A model generated the notes under the pieces. It was given only the letters and a program-made list of their open reading frames with translations. It was not told the DNA's origin and did not search any database. This document shows, one piece after another, positions 45,901 to 55,390 of a stretch of 64,000 nucleotides of DNA. Source of the DNA: an uncultured virus (IMG/VR IMGVR_UViG_3300030616_000579) (lineage: Duplodnaviria; Heunggongvirae; Uroviricota; Caudoviricetes); the IMG/VR virus record IMGVR_UViG_3300030616_000579. One strand, 5' to 3'. Position numbers and translations under genes: made by a program. Each line of letters starts with the position of its first letter. Position 1 is the first letter of the stretch.

Positions 45901-47947
45901 GTTTATATGCTTGATATAGTTCTTGTCCAGATGATACAACTACTGGTGCAAGAACACCTGCACCAATAAGACCTGGTGCATACTTTAATGTCTTACCTGT
46001 TATTTTAGCTCCTTTTGCAATTAAATTACTCCCCAGTTTTGCCGATGCACCAATACCAGTTCCTGCAACAGTAGAAATACCTGCAGTTACTAAAGGCAAA
46101 TATACACCTTCAACCATTGCACCAGATTTTAACACTTTTCCCCCAAATGCACCTATTCCTTCTTGTAAGGCTGATTGATATCCTTGGTCTGATAAAGCCA
46201 GATTATACCAGACACGGTTCATTACAGCATCTTGTTTCTTTGGGTTCATTGATACTGTTTTACGTATTTCTTCATCAGACATAGCAAATGGACTATAGAA
46301 TTCACCTATCCCTGCAGACACTTCTGCCATCCCACGTGGCGTCAATCTCTTTGCTTCTTCTTGATAAAATTTATCCCACCACTTGAGGTAATCATCTGGA
46401 TTCTTAAATTTACCTGATGAAACCCCTTCTAAATATTTTTCAATATGAAATTTTTTCCCTCCATGAGCAAGACTGTCCAAAACAGCACTATATCCAAAAG
46501 GAGACTCCATTACTGCTACAAGTCCTAATCTTTTACGAACAAGAGATTCTGCTTCTTGTTTTGTACGTCCTCCTGTTTGATATTTTTTAACTAACGTTTC
46601 ATATACTTTCCTTCCAACAAAAGCATCAGAGGGAGGAACAAGAGAAACACCCCCTTCTTTTCTATCAACCGCTCCTATTGTATATCCTTGTTTAACATAA
46701 TCAGACCAACTAACAGGATTTCCTTGTGCATCTATCCAACCAGTATAATCATTTCGATACCAGTCTTTGATTTCTTCATCTGTCATTTTATTAAATGCAG
46801 TTGTGTTTAATTGTTGCAATGAACTAATCATTTTTTGTTCTTCGATTGGTGATTGTGAACCTAACGCATAATTGTACACAATGGTTTTGTATTGTTGTGA
46901 TGTTCCTGGTGCATACTCATCAAGAGCTTTTACATCTGATGGTATAGAAATAGCCTGTCTAAGTTTTACCTCACCAATAAACTTTGTAGCATCAGTTTGA
47001 TAGTCTTGTATTTCTTGATATACATTTGGAGAAAGTAGATTAAATGTTTTACCACCATAAACATAACCAGGTTCTTTTACATCTTTAAATGTAATCGATG
47101 GTGGGTTGTCTTCTAAATCAGTTAACGCAGATGTCAAATAAGAAACAGCTTCATCACGGGTGTATGTTTTATCTCCTACTTTCCATGTTGAATTTTCACT
47201 AGATGATTTAACAGAGTCAATAGAATTTTTTAACGTATCTATAGATGTATTATATGTTGATTGAACTGAAGCAATATACTCAGGTGTAACACCACTTTGT
47301 TCCATTCCATATGTTACCAGAGCTCTTTGTTGTATATTTTGTGGTATACCAGTATCAATAGGTCTTGGTAAATTATATTTTGATTCAATGATGTTTTTTC
47401 TTTGCATCAACTCTCCAAGTCTTGCAAGATTATATGTTGTTTTAGGTTCTGATAAATTTCTTATTTGTGATTCGATTGCACGGTACTCGGGTGGTTTGTA
47501 TTGTTTTCCTGTTGTTTTTTCATAATCACGTATTTCACTTCCTCCTCTTTTTATTCCTATTAATGTTGGAGGAAGAGATGGACTTGTTCTACTCATTATT
47601 GCAATATCTGTTTCTTTCAATAACTGTGATGTTGTCTTTGGTGTATAAGTTGGGCCTACTCCCGTCTTATATGTTTTTTGCGGTTTTGGTGGCGATGTTC
47701 GTTGAGAAATAACATCTGGTGATGCACCTGTTGAACTCAACACCTTTTCCAATGGTGTAGAAGGCACACTCCTGGTTTGTGATTTTGTTTTTGGTTTTGA
47801 TGGAGGTGCAGAAGGAGAGGGTGTAGTACGAGCTACAGTTTTGATGGTTTTCGTTATTGTCTGTTTAACAGGTGTCGGAGCTCTTTTTCGTATCTTCGCT
47901 AATCGTTTTATTAATCTAATACGGGCTTGTATATCTTTTACAGACAT
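42914..47947 (-). CDS. 1677-aa basic low-complexity protein, putative internal virion/genome-delivery protein
   Basis: No signal peptide; K/T/P-rich; central Gly/Ala hydrophobic segments; C-terminal periodic QKQ repeats. Confidence 0.75.
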   Translation of the reverse strand: MSVKDIQARIRLIKRLAKIRKRAPTPVKQTITKTIKTVARTTPSPSAPPSKPKTKSQTRSVPSTPLEKVLSSTGASPDVISQRTSPPKPQKTYKTGVGPTYTPKTTSQLLKETDIAIMSRTSPSLPPTLIGIKRGGSEIRDYEKTTGKQYKPPEYRAIESQIRNLSEPKTTYNLARLGELMQRKNIIESKYNLPRPIDTGIPQNIQQRALVTYGMEQSGVTPEYIASVQSTYNTSIDTLKNSIDSVKSSSENSTWKVGDKTYTRDEAVSYLTSALTDLEDNPPSITFKDVKEPGYVYGGKTFNLLSPNVYQEIQDYQTDATKFIGEVKLRQAISIPSDVKALDEYAPGTSQQYKTIVYNYALGSQSPIEEQKMISSLQQLNTTAFNKMTDEEIKDWYRNDYTGWIDAQGNPVSWSDYVKQGYTIGAVDRKEGGVSLVPPSDAFVGRKVYETLVKKYQTGGRTKQEAESLVRKRLGLVAVMESPFGYSAVLDSLAHGGKKFHIEKYLEGVSSGKFKNPDDYLKWWDKFYQEEAKRLTPRGMAEVSAGIGEFYSPFAMSDEEIRKTVSMNPKKQDAVMNRVWYNLALSDQGYQSALQEGIGAFGGKVLKSGAMVEGVYLPLVTAGISTVAGTGIGASAKLGSNLIAKGAKITGKTLKYAPGLIGAGVLAPVVVSSGQELYQAYKPPEKYAYREVQTPTGEVDIATGKKTMVVREQTPSGVTGLAKAAFPMALQWSAAGVGGKYGAKTGSRWVERGGPQKIAQKFRFTRSKLNVPFQKAYDTFPYLKSLRQRFSLRRPGMVDLTYKGKPFYETDVMTGQKIQAREPKTNIIDIQHRGKKVDVKTVSPKEEYLNVWERGGPESKEGRTYIKEYGGKGKYKRGWAYLSETGTTDKTYIKRPINFYDPRARGILGRTQSFIESKLPRYKSKLRTMTVEEYQPGATKRTKSRIVGFEKQRPVFPETKPQPDYSKTPGWEGIPKSRYQPSLKSGAIDDMIARRYSDLAYYDEYGVKNYNLAPQKKLPYTTSPKLRGREWVFRTRRKFPIRKGYPGKPQPESELLKTFPTSDTGGKSTIIVSKQKPTAIGMQKIYKQTGTYTQKMYGSGLQPSSIRRVNLELTGVQVHVDKPGKYTINELLSGALEGEMPAKDRAIINKIIKGKKTLDIGIGGETNAVKTVNVKSFLNKKIPLKEGDVFDISFGTRKTPGAIDDYFVTLGYASDVPSSIKLRGIKIGPHVIKPSTLTTTIAKGKTQVGKIGDVPILKRTESQFAKLQRLGARTYETDVNVYKLAKKPLSLPEEALLKQKVPEMESSIWKKQLPPRTGRGKSIVNYWDATDYTKMSPRVEKGVAISRGYGRTSQGTIGRIRERTDIKDFSELAKPVEGEVGFGYIPRKQIGDIKITAGKAYTSTKQTYPLKSFTRSPVVTQPTTKLPATKTTVSKTQAKAAIMEQIVVPKDQPKTFVSSDILPDGQIIKQPSGVSMGTKVFSLTQPISRSVIQPLTRTISNIISVNVTRTIERSLIRQEPRTINKEYIKSIERNITENVNKEITKTINREITKYEQKQVQKQIQKQLQKQITKVIPRTFSVAGGFPPPAEPIEPVVRTRITLTGGKKPISSMLYPPFMFPEERDKKRKPKGIQIYAPGYKERFYQVPSAWKAAQIGPKWRKTPISKQPNFFSLTGEK

Positions 47948-48105
47948 AAAACCACCTTAAAATAAGAATATATTTTCATTTGCAATTACCCCATTACCTT
48001 ATGTATATATTAGGGGCTAACATTTAAATAATTTATGCTCTCCGAGAGAATAAGGAGAAAAAGAAAATGAGATTAAAAAAATGGGGGAATTCTATATGAA
48101 GAGTC

Positions 48106-51100
48106 TCACTTCTTTTTCCTCATCCTCACTAGTGCGATACACACTCCTATTGCAACAATAAGAGCGAGTAACTCAAAACCAGGCGTACTCTTTTCCACCG
48201 TTGTTGTAATGGATAGAAGTTCAGAACTTGCAAATCCATCTTTCACAGCTTCAATAGTGTAACTTCCCTCTTCTTCTGGCACACATAGTGTCGTCATACC
48301 ATTTGCACCTGTTGTATATTCCACACCATTGAATATCACTACTGCACCCACTATCGGTTTCCCTTCATCGTCAGCAATCGTTACCGTGAACGTGTTTTTA
48401 CCTGTCAACTTATATTCCACTGTTGTACTATCGGTATACACTGATAGTTTAGGATGATTCAACACGAGAACATCAGTTGTTGCAGATTTATATCCCTGTT
48501 TTGTCACTGTTACTTTGTAATACATATCTGTTCGCACTGTCGGTGCAGTCAAAGTCGTTCCTGTTGTTGATGTTCCACTAAATGTTACCAACACACCAGA
48601 TACAACATCTCCATTTGCTGTTCCATTTCGTATGGTAACTGAAAAGGTTTCGCCTTCGTTGACTTGTGATGGTGCAGAAAGATACAACGACCATGCAGTC
48701 ACTAAAACTGTTACATCAGATAATCGTTCCTCTACTTCGATGGTCACGTCACCTGTCGTTATCGTTGTAAATGCAAATGTCGCTAACCCATTTGAATCTG
48801 TTTGTGTCTCAATGATATCTTCATGACCAGGAACATGTATTCCAACAAGTACGTCATCCAACCCCATGTTTCTACCTGTTACTTGAATGTCAAGTATCGT
48901 TGGTTCGTTGAATGATAACAAAGATGGATTAGCAGTTACATGAGCAACTTGTACTGGTATGTAGCCGTCCGTTGGTGCATATCTACTTCCAGATGTATCA
49001 GGTCTAAAGATAAATGATACGTTTTCCTGGAATGAATCAGGCGGTAACTCTGATACGTTGATATTGTCAACTGTAGCTATACCTAATCTAACATCCACCT
49101 GGATAGATGCACCATCGACCCATAGTCTGTGGTTGTTTCCCTCATCTGATATATTCCATATCTCTAATGTTCCATTTATGTATTCACCGTTGTACTGCAC
49201 ATAGAATGAAACATTGATGTTTTTATCGAACTTCCAGATGAACTCATCAATAGATGCAGAGACAGTTACAGGACGGATTTCAAGCGTTGCATTATTTCCT
49301 GAACTATCATGGGTTTGATTGTGAGCATAGATAGTATAAATTCCTGGTTTGATAAATGCTTCCTCTAAGTCCATTGTGATTTTATCTGATACATCACCGT
49401 TTCGTATCGTTCCAAATGAATCACTTAGAGCAACTCTATCTCCATCCTCGTCATAGAACTCCAGAATCATGCCATTTGTTTGTGGTTCAGAGTCATTACC
49501 ACGTCTAACAGATAATGTAAACTCACTTCTCTCTCCAGCCATCAGTACATCTTGTGATATCGTCACCGTGAGGTCACTTTTTGGTTTCATCGTTGACATT
49601 GCATATCCTGAACCAAGGTTTTCCACATCAGCGTATGCAATAAGTCTTCGTGGTAATTGAACAAGGTTTTCGTTTTGTTCTTCTTGGTCTACTAGGAATG
49701 AATATGTATTGCTACCCATTTCATCTGGTCTGTCGGTTTCATTGAGCATATCCCCCAGTGTTCCATCATCAAGCAACCAATAGATAGCAACATCAGCATA
49801 TGGAATTGGATAATCACCAGGTGGCCCAAATACATCAACGGAAATTGTGGTGTCTTCATCTATCGTAAAGGTTTCAGGTGTTATATATACAATCGTTCCG
49901 TTGTATTCCGTTCCACCGACCTTCAACTCCTGTGATAAAGAACCATAATCATCCCAATCAACCTCAAAGGTAATCATACTTCCATCAGAAGTCATTATAG
50001 GAGTGATAGGCACTGTCCACGTTCCATTTAGGTATGTAACCCCTGGAAACTCATCGAGTGTCTTAGAGGAAAGGAAAAGTGCATCTCCTGACACAGTGAT
50101 GTTCTCACCATAGTCCTCAACGGGTGAAGAAGACAAAGCGCCATAGAACGTATGGTCATCACCAACGATTTGGAATTGAACGTTGAGTGGCATTTCTGTG
50201 ATATCGGGAAGTCGGGGAATCTCGCTATCACGGTTGTCATTCGATGTGACACCATCATCGTCAATCCAAAACCATTGCACTGGGTCAGAAGAAAGCACTT
50301 TAAACTCAAGTGTTGCATTCCATTCCTCTATCCCATCAGAATCAATATCGTTAAACAGGAAGATAGTCCAAGTTCCGTTGTTTCCGTATACATTACCCAA
50401 TGCATCACGCCCCCAACCTCCTGCTGATATGTTCGATGGGTCTTTGTTTTTAATAAGAATAGATTCATCAATATATGATATATCTAAATACTCTGTAACG
50501 TTTTCATCGTCATCGTTGAATATCACTACTGATAAATCCTCAACTTCTGTTGTAATATTGATTTCATCGTCAAACGACCAAAACACCTCGCTAACGTCCA
50601 TCTCCGTTTCTGGTGTTCCAGTATTCACCACAATGAGTTTTTGCGTTGCCGTGTGTTCTGGCGGGTCAAAAGCACCAACATTGGAAAAATTGTAGACTTT
50701 TCCTCCATCATACCACTCATTGAAGTATGAATCATATGGATGCACATATTGGTCGTCAACATCACGATATGCTTGAACAGTATAGTTTCCAGCCCACTCT
50801 AAATCCTCTGGTGACCAATCTGAATCATCAATGATACCATCAGAACGGTATCTATGCAGAATTTCCACTCCGTCTTCACGAAACACATCAATCCAACATT
50901 CTGTTACATTATTGTCCTTCGTCACCGTGATGCTAATGGATTCATTATCTCCAAATGTGGTTTCTTCTAATGATACCTCTATATCAAAGACGTTCGTTCC
51001 ATTAACCCAAAAAAAGTCGATTGGTGTCGTACCATCATAGGTTCCAGATGCAGATAATGCCCACAACCCAGATACATTCACTATGATGTCGTTTATCTTC

Positions 51101-51378
51101 TCGGTTTCGTCATCGTCAACTGTTATCTTCACTGGTGTTCCGCCACCAGTTTTCAATTTTTCCCACACGATATCGTTTTCACGATAAATCGGATATAAAA
51201 CAAAATAATCACCAGGCGCCATACCAGATGTATTAACGTGTACATCTACATATGCATCTGGGTCATATTCAATGTTCGTGGTACTTCTGCCCCAATCTTC
51301 TACTCCTGGAGTAGCAGATACAGTTGCGACTAAAAGAATACTCAATAAAATTGTACTAAACACTTTGTTCCTTGACAT
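48106..51378 (-). CDS. S-layer-like cell-surface glycoprotein with PGF-CTERM archaeosortase signal
   Basis: Signal peptide (MSRNKVFSTILL...), acidic Ig-like repeats and C-terminal STPGFELLALIVAIGVCIALVRMRKKK. Confidence 0.85.
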   Translation of the reverse strand: MSRNKVFSTILLSILLVATVSATPGVEDWGRSTTNIEYDPDAYVDVHVNTSGMAPGDYFVLYPIYRENDIVWEKLKTGGGTPVKITVDDDETEKINDIIVNVSGLWALSASGTYDGTTPIDFFWVNGTNVFDIEVSLEETTFGDNESISITVTKDNNVTECWIDVFREDGVEILHRYRSDGIIDDSDWSPEDLEWAGNYTVQAYRDVDDQYVHPYDSYFNEWYDGGKVYNFSNVGAFDPPEHTATQKLIVVNTGTPETEMDVSEVFWSFDDEINITTEVEDLSVVIFNDDDENVTEYLDISYIDESILIKNKDPSNISAGGWGRDALGNVYGNNGTWTIFLFNDIDSDGIEEWNATLEFKVLSSDPVQWFWIDDDGVTSNDNRDSEIPRLPDITEMPLNVQFQIVGDDHTFYGALSSSPVEDYGENITVSGDALFLSSKTLDEFPGVTYLNGTWTVPITPIMTSDGSMITFEVDWDDYGSLSQELKVGGTEYNGTIVYITPETFTIDEDTTISVDVFGPPGDYPIPYADVAIYWLLDDGTLGDMLNETDRPDEMGSNTYSFLVDQEEQNENLVQLPRRLIAYADVENLGSGYAMSTMKPKSDLTVTISQDVLMAGERSEFTLSVRRGNDSEPQTNGMILEFYDEDGDRVALSDSFGTIRNGDVSDKITMDLEEAFIKPGIYTIYAHNQTHDSSGNNATLEIRPVTVSASIDEFIWKFDKNINVSFYVQYNGEYINGTLEIWNISDEGNNHRLWVDGASIQVDVRLGIATVDNINVSELPPDSFQENVSFIFRPDTSGSRYAPTDGYIPVQVAHVTANPSLLSFNEPTILDIQVTGRNMGLDDVLVGIHVPGHEDIIETQTDSNGLATFAFTTITTGDVTIEVEERLSDVTVLVTAWSLYLSAPSQVNEGETFSVTIRNGTANGDVVSGVLVTFSGTSTTGTTLTAPTVRTDMYYKVTVTKQGYKSATTDVLVLNHPKLSVYTDSTTVEYKLTGKNTFTVTIADDEGKPIVGAVVIFNGVEYTTGANGMTTLCVPEEEGSYTIEAVKDGFASSELLSITTTVEKSTPGFELLALIVAIGVCIALVRMRKKK

Positions 51379-51437
51379 ATAACATTCCTCTTTCACGGTA
51401 AAGACATTCCGTGTTTAAAAACGTTATCATTTTTCAA

Positions 51438-51454
51438 GGATTTAAAGTCTTTCG
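51438..51454 (-). promoter_or_regulatory. BRE/TATA promoter of the PGF-CTERM gene
   Basis: Minus strand CGAAAGAC-TTTAAAT. Confidence 0.55.
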
Positions 51455-51828
51455 TACATTCTTTTGATTATTCTTCTGGATATATATCAGGAAACCATTT
51501 TTTCAAATATTCAGTAGTTTTTTTCTCCCCGATAAGAGGTACCAAATCTTCTTTTAGTCCATCTAATGCTGTTTTAACATCATTGAACCAAAATCCGATT
51601 ATCATACCAGATTTTTTCTTGTCCTTTAAAGACTTCATTTTTTCACCTTCTTGGTTTATATGTTTTCCAGTTAATCTCAATAAATTTTGAACATGTTTCA
51701 CACCATGCAGAAGTCCACGATGCAAAGTATAATTGTTCTCCACAAGATGGACATTTACTCATTCAATCACCTCTGATATACCTCATTACGATTATGATAA
51801 TCATAGTTAAACAAACACTCAATAGACT

Positions 51829-52032
51829 TCATGTTTCTCCATTTTTTTTCTTATCAAAATATTCATCTGGTATAACCAGTACAATTGCAATTATATAGGA
51901 TAGAAGAGCTGGAACTATGTGAATAACATCCAAAGATATTATAGTTAATGCAGTAAACATTAAACCTAGTAATGAGAATACCACACATCCGACTAATAGG
52001 TGTGTTTCTCCATTATACCATTTTCCTTTCAT
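51829..52032 (-). CDS. Small 2-TM protein
   Basis: GAGGAG RBS; hydropathy. Confidence 0.55.
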   Translation of the reverse strand: MKGKWYNGETHLLVGCVVFSLLGLMFTALTIISLDVIHIVPALLSYIIAIVLVIPDEYFDKKKNGET

Positions 52033-52527
52033 TGCATTAACTCCTCAATTTTACATACGAAACCTTTACCTGTCCTTCTTCCTCAAGTTCCTCAATTATT
52101 TTGTTTATATCGGTCATAAATCTCGCCTCCAATTTACAACAATATTGTCAATAAACATGTCATCATAATCATGTGATAATGCGTGATAATCAATACCTGA
52201 AAGTTCAAAGTCTTTGTCATCTGGTAGATTCTTCTCTAAATACTCTATAACTTCTTTTTTGTTCATTCGTCTTCCTCTATGTCTTTAATAACTGTTTTTC
52301 TTCTATCTGGAGTAGACCAATCACCTGCACAAACATTGCATCGGTCATCAAGACCTAATGGTGCAATGTGTCCGCAAACTGAACATTTACCTATATACAT
52401 TATATCTCCTCAGTCTTTTTCTCCTTTGAAACCAAATAATCAAGAATTAATTCTTCATGCCCAAGAAAACTGAATGGATTGATGTCTGTCTTTTTTACAT
52501 GTGTTTTCATTTTTACTCCTCCATTGA

Positions 52528-52728
52528 TTAATCCTCTTGTGTTTCATTTGTTGTTCCACATTTTCCACAAACCCAGGATGTCACTTGTGTTCCGTTTGGT
52601 TCTTCAAATTTAGCCCAGTTTCCACAAGATTTGCATTGATATCGTGATATCGTTTTATCAGGTAGATTTTCCGTTTCCAACTTATATAGTACATTGAACC
52701 CGTATTCAAATGCTTCTTCATCGTCCAT
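52528..52728 (-). CDS. Zn-ribbon microprotein
   Basis: Start MDDEE after GGAGG; CKSC and CGKC. Confidence 0.6.
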   Translation of the reverse strand: MDDEEAFEYGFNVLYKLETENLPDKTISRYQCKSCGNWAKFEEPNGTQVTSWVCGKCGTTNETQED

Positions 52729-52729
52729 T

Positions 52730-52918
52730 TTAATCCTCCATATCTTTGTTGTAACATAGTTCATCATCTAGTTTATTGTTATCATGTACCGTAACACTAT
52801 ATCCAGAGTCAAGTCCTTTTCTAATCATGTGTACTAATCCATCTTCAGTAGATACATTAATTGCATCAACTTTCTGCGGGTTACTACCCCATGTTTTCCA
52901 AACCACACGATAATTCAT
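52730..52918 (-). CDS. Small hypothetical protein
   Basis: GGAGG RBS. Confidence 0.6.
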   Translation of the reverse strand: MNYRVVWKTWGSNPQKVDAINVSTEDGLVHMIRKGLDSGYSVTVHDNNKLDDELCYNKDMED

Positions 52919-52921
52919 CTT

Positions 52922-53044
52922 TTAGTCCTCCTTGTGTGTTTCTTCAACAAAATATTCTTCACCACAATCAAGACATTTAAAAAGAATATAGTCAGGATAA
53001 CCCTGACAATATCCCCCACATTCTGGACAGAAATAATCACTCAT
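52922..53044 (-). CDS. 40-aa Zn-ribbon microprotein (not in ORF track)
   Basis: MSDYFCPECGGYCQGYPDYILFKCLDCGEEYFVEETHKED; GGAGG RBS. Confidence 0.6.
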   Translation of the reverse strand: MSDYFCPECGGYCQGYPDYILFKCLDCGEEYFVEETHKED

Positions 53045-53047
53045 CTT

Positions 53048-53284
53048 TTAGTCCTCCCAAGACCTGGTTGCACCACAACCATGACAAGTTACTCCCAAAT
53101 CATCTGGTTCTGTCTGGTCAAGACCACAAGTACATCGGTAGAGTGTTAAAACACCTTTTTTCTGGAATTCTATGTGTCCTTTGAAATCTCTGCATTGTTT
53201 TCTATCATCTGGTAATAAAGTACCCCATCGTTCACAATCATCATGGTTTTCACAATTATCGCAGATACTCATTTTTATCACCAC
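53048..53284 (-). CDS. Cys-rich double Zn-finger microprotein
   Basis: CDNC..C..C and CTC..CHGC. Confidence 0.55.
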   Translation of the reverse strand: MVIKMSICDNCENHDDCERWGTLLPDDRKQCRDFKGHIEFQKKGVLTLYRCTCGLDQTEPDDLGVTCHGCGATRSWED

Positions 53285-53339
53285 ATATCGTTAACTGAAA
53301 AGATTTCAATTGTTGTTGGTGTTGGTTTGGTTGTCAAGT

Positions 53340-53879
53340 TTATGCACCTTCCACTTTTGCTTCGATTTCCCAAGTGTATTTGTCTGGTATTGGTGAAAAA
53401 TCAAATTCACGTACAAAATCAGGTGTAATCGTTTTGTTGTTATACACATCAAAAAGTGAATCGAATCCTTGAACCTGTTTGTCTGTAATCTTACCTTCAG
53501 TCACCATTTCCTTCAATGTATTCCGAACTGCGTTGTATCGTTCTTCGTTCTTGAAATAATAATCAAAACTGTCTATGTACTTAACAAGTACTCGTCCTGC
53601 AAAGGTATCTCGTGATTCTGCGTATTTCCGTGCATCTTCCCATTCTTCTTTGTTTGCACCAACTTCATACTGAATCATGTCAAGACCATGGCGAATAAGT
53701 CTGCAAGTATCATCATGTAATATATCTTCTGGTGTGTATCCTTTCTTGTTTCTAAAAACAGGTTTACCATTGATGAACTCATGTTCAGCTTCACAACCCC
53801 AACAAGTACCATATGTTGTGTGTTCTGGGATTTTATTTTCACCACACTGAGTACACTTAAAATATTTCATTTCACGCAT
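53340..53879 (-). CDS. Hypothetical protein with N-terminal Zn finger
   Basis: CTQC..CWGC; GGTGA RBS. Confidence 0.7.
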   Translation of the reverse strand: MREMKYFKCTQCGENKIPEHTTYGTCWGCEAEHEFINGKPVFRNKKGYTPEDILHDDTCRLIRHGLDMIQYEVGANKEEWEDARKYAESRDTFAGRVLVKYIDSFDYYFKNEERYNAVRNTLKEMVTEGKITDKQVQGFDSLFDVYNNKTITPDFVREFDFSPIPDKYTWEIEAKVEGA

Positions 53880-54110
53880 TTAGTCACCACCGTCTTCATA
53901 AATGTGTTGAACTATTACGTGGTTGTTCCATATACTGATAGTGTCGAAAGCACTTGCGTTTTCAATATCGAAGTTTTTTCCATTCATCATATCACTTCAA
54001 CATTGATATGGAACACATATTATATAAAGGTTATTGAAAATTTAATAGTTTTTAATACTCAACACTTTCAAAAAAAATACCTTGCCTTACCGTATATACT
54101 AAAATGTGTT

Positions 54111-54212
54111 TTAATAAACTCTTCCACACTTCTCACAGACTGGGGCTTCAACTTTATCATTGTATATCAAATCACCTTGACATACTTCGCAAGTTGAATA
54201 CGATTTTAACAT
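54111..54212 (-). CDS. 33-aa Zn-ribbon microprotein (TFIIB-ribbon-like)
   Basis: MLKSYSTCEVCQGDLIYNDKVEAPVCEKCGRVY after GGAGG. Confidence 0.55.
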   Translation of the reverse strand: MLKSYSTCEVCQGDLIYNDKVEAPVCEKCGRVY

Positions 54213-54229
54213 TGTATTCCTCCTGTGTT

Positions 54230-54450
54230 TAAGATTTGTCAGGATTCCGCCTGACACGTTAGTTCTTGTTGATATTATCAAAACCACTTTTTTATCAACA
54301 TTGTTTCTTCTTCTATTAATATTTCCCACCCACCCCATCCATGTTGATTCCTATGAGACTTTATGATGCCATTCGGGATGTTAATTTTGCGAGTTCTTTT
54401 TGAACTACCTAGGAGAAATGGTCTTACTCATTGTCTCACAGTCAATCAAA
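54230..54450 (-). ncRNA. Candidate structured RNA or long 5' leader
   Basis: TATA (AAAC-TTTAAA) at about 54471-54480. The predicted 5' end (54433-54449) pairs with 54344-54359; further hairpins at 54267-54300 and 54237-54256. Confidence 0.35.
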
Positions 54451-54481
54451 TAAATAATCGTATATGTCTTTTTAAAGTTTG

Positions 54482-54862
54482 TTATTTTTTTATCATTGCT
54501 TTCGTGTTTGTCAATTGCTGTAATATGCCCATTTTGTGAATTTTAACCATCGCAGAAACAATGTTATCGTTCGATATTTTCAGTATATTTGATAATTTCT
54601 TGTAATCTAAAGGCACGTTGTAATTATCAGTATCGTCTACCCATTTCAAAATTTTATCAGCATCATTTGTCTTCTTTTCAACCAAAGCATATTTTTTTGT
54701 TGTTTCCACACCTAGTTCGATATTGAATCCGAGTTTCCGAAGTTCACTAATTCTACCACGTAATCCACTTTGTGAATGTCCTGTAATAAGTTGGAGCTCT
54801 TGTGCTGACAAACTGCCATACGTGGTAAGTGCATCTATGATTTTTTTCTGAATTTCGTTCAT
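54482..54862 (-). CDS. Tandem winged-helix DNA-binding protein
   Basis: LSAQEL..GHSQSGLRGRISELRKLGFNI (BirA-like wHTH) and a second HTH-like segment. Confidence 0.7.
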   Translation of the reverse strand: MNEIQKKIIDALTTYGSLSAQELQLITGHSQSGLRGRISELRKLGFNIELGVETTKKYALVEKKTNDADKILKWVDDTDNYNVPLDYKKLSNILKISNDNIVSAMVKIHKMGILQQLTNTKAMIKK

Positions 54863-54975
54863 AACCTATATTGCAAAAATCAGTTTTTAAATATTACGAT
54901 TTTATCCCCTAAAAGAGACCCCCCCTATATCGTTTTTAATTCTTTCTTTATGAACTATTGTATAATAATAAATAA

Positions 54976-55233
54976 TCAAATTTGATTTTTTTTCTTTTTT
55001 TTATTATTATTAGGTATAAAGAACAAGATGAAACCTAGAATGATAGTAGAAATAATTAACATCACTACATCAACCCAGTGTTGAATAAGACCAGCGAAGT
55101 ACACAGAAAAAGACATGAGTATAACAATTCGTGGTATCATTGCAACCATGCGTTTATTCTTTACACTCAACGCATCATATCGTTTCCTTATTGTTTCAAC
55201 TAAAATATCTTGTCGTTGTTGCCACGTGTTCAT
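54976..55233 (-). CDS. Small 2-TM membrane protein
   Basis: Likely start MNTW; poly-Lys tail. Confidence 0.55.
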   Translation of the reverse strand: MNTWQQRQDILVETIRKRYDALSVKNKRMVAMIPRIVILMSFSVYFAGLIQHWVDVVMLIISTIILGFILFFIPNNNKKKKKNQI

Positions 55234-55390
55234 TTTAACTTCCCTCGGTGTTTGTGTGAGTGAGTGGAAACCTAAAGTTCCACTCACCAACAAACTATTA
55301 AATTAAGATACACTCAAAGTTACTATAACATATAGTTGCTCAATCGATAAGTAACTATTAACATATATCTAGTAATCCAACCCAATTCAA

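Noticed and set aside
54900..55380. Replication origin (G-string at ~54918-54925, GTGAGTGGAA/TTCCACTCAC inverted repeat at 55260-55287, ACTAT(T)AACATATA repeats)
   Set aside because: The resemblance to ORB elements is only partial and there is no Orc1/Cdc6 gene in the window. These could equally be operators or a leader hairpin.
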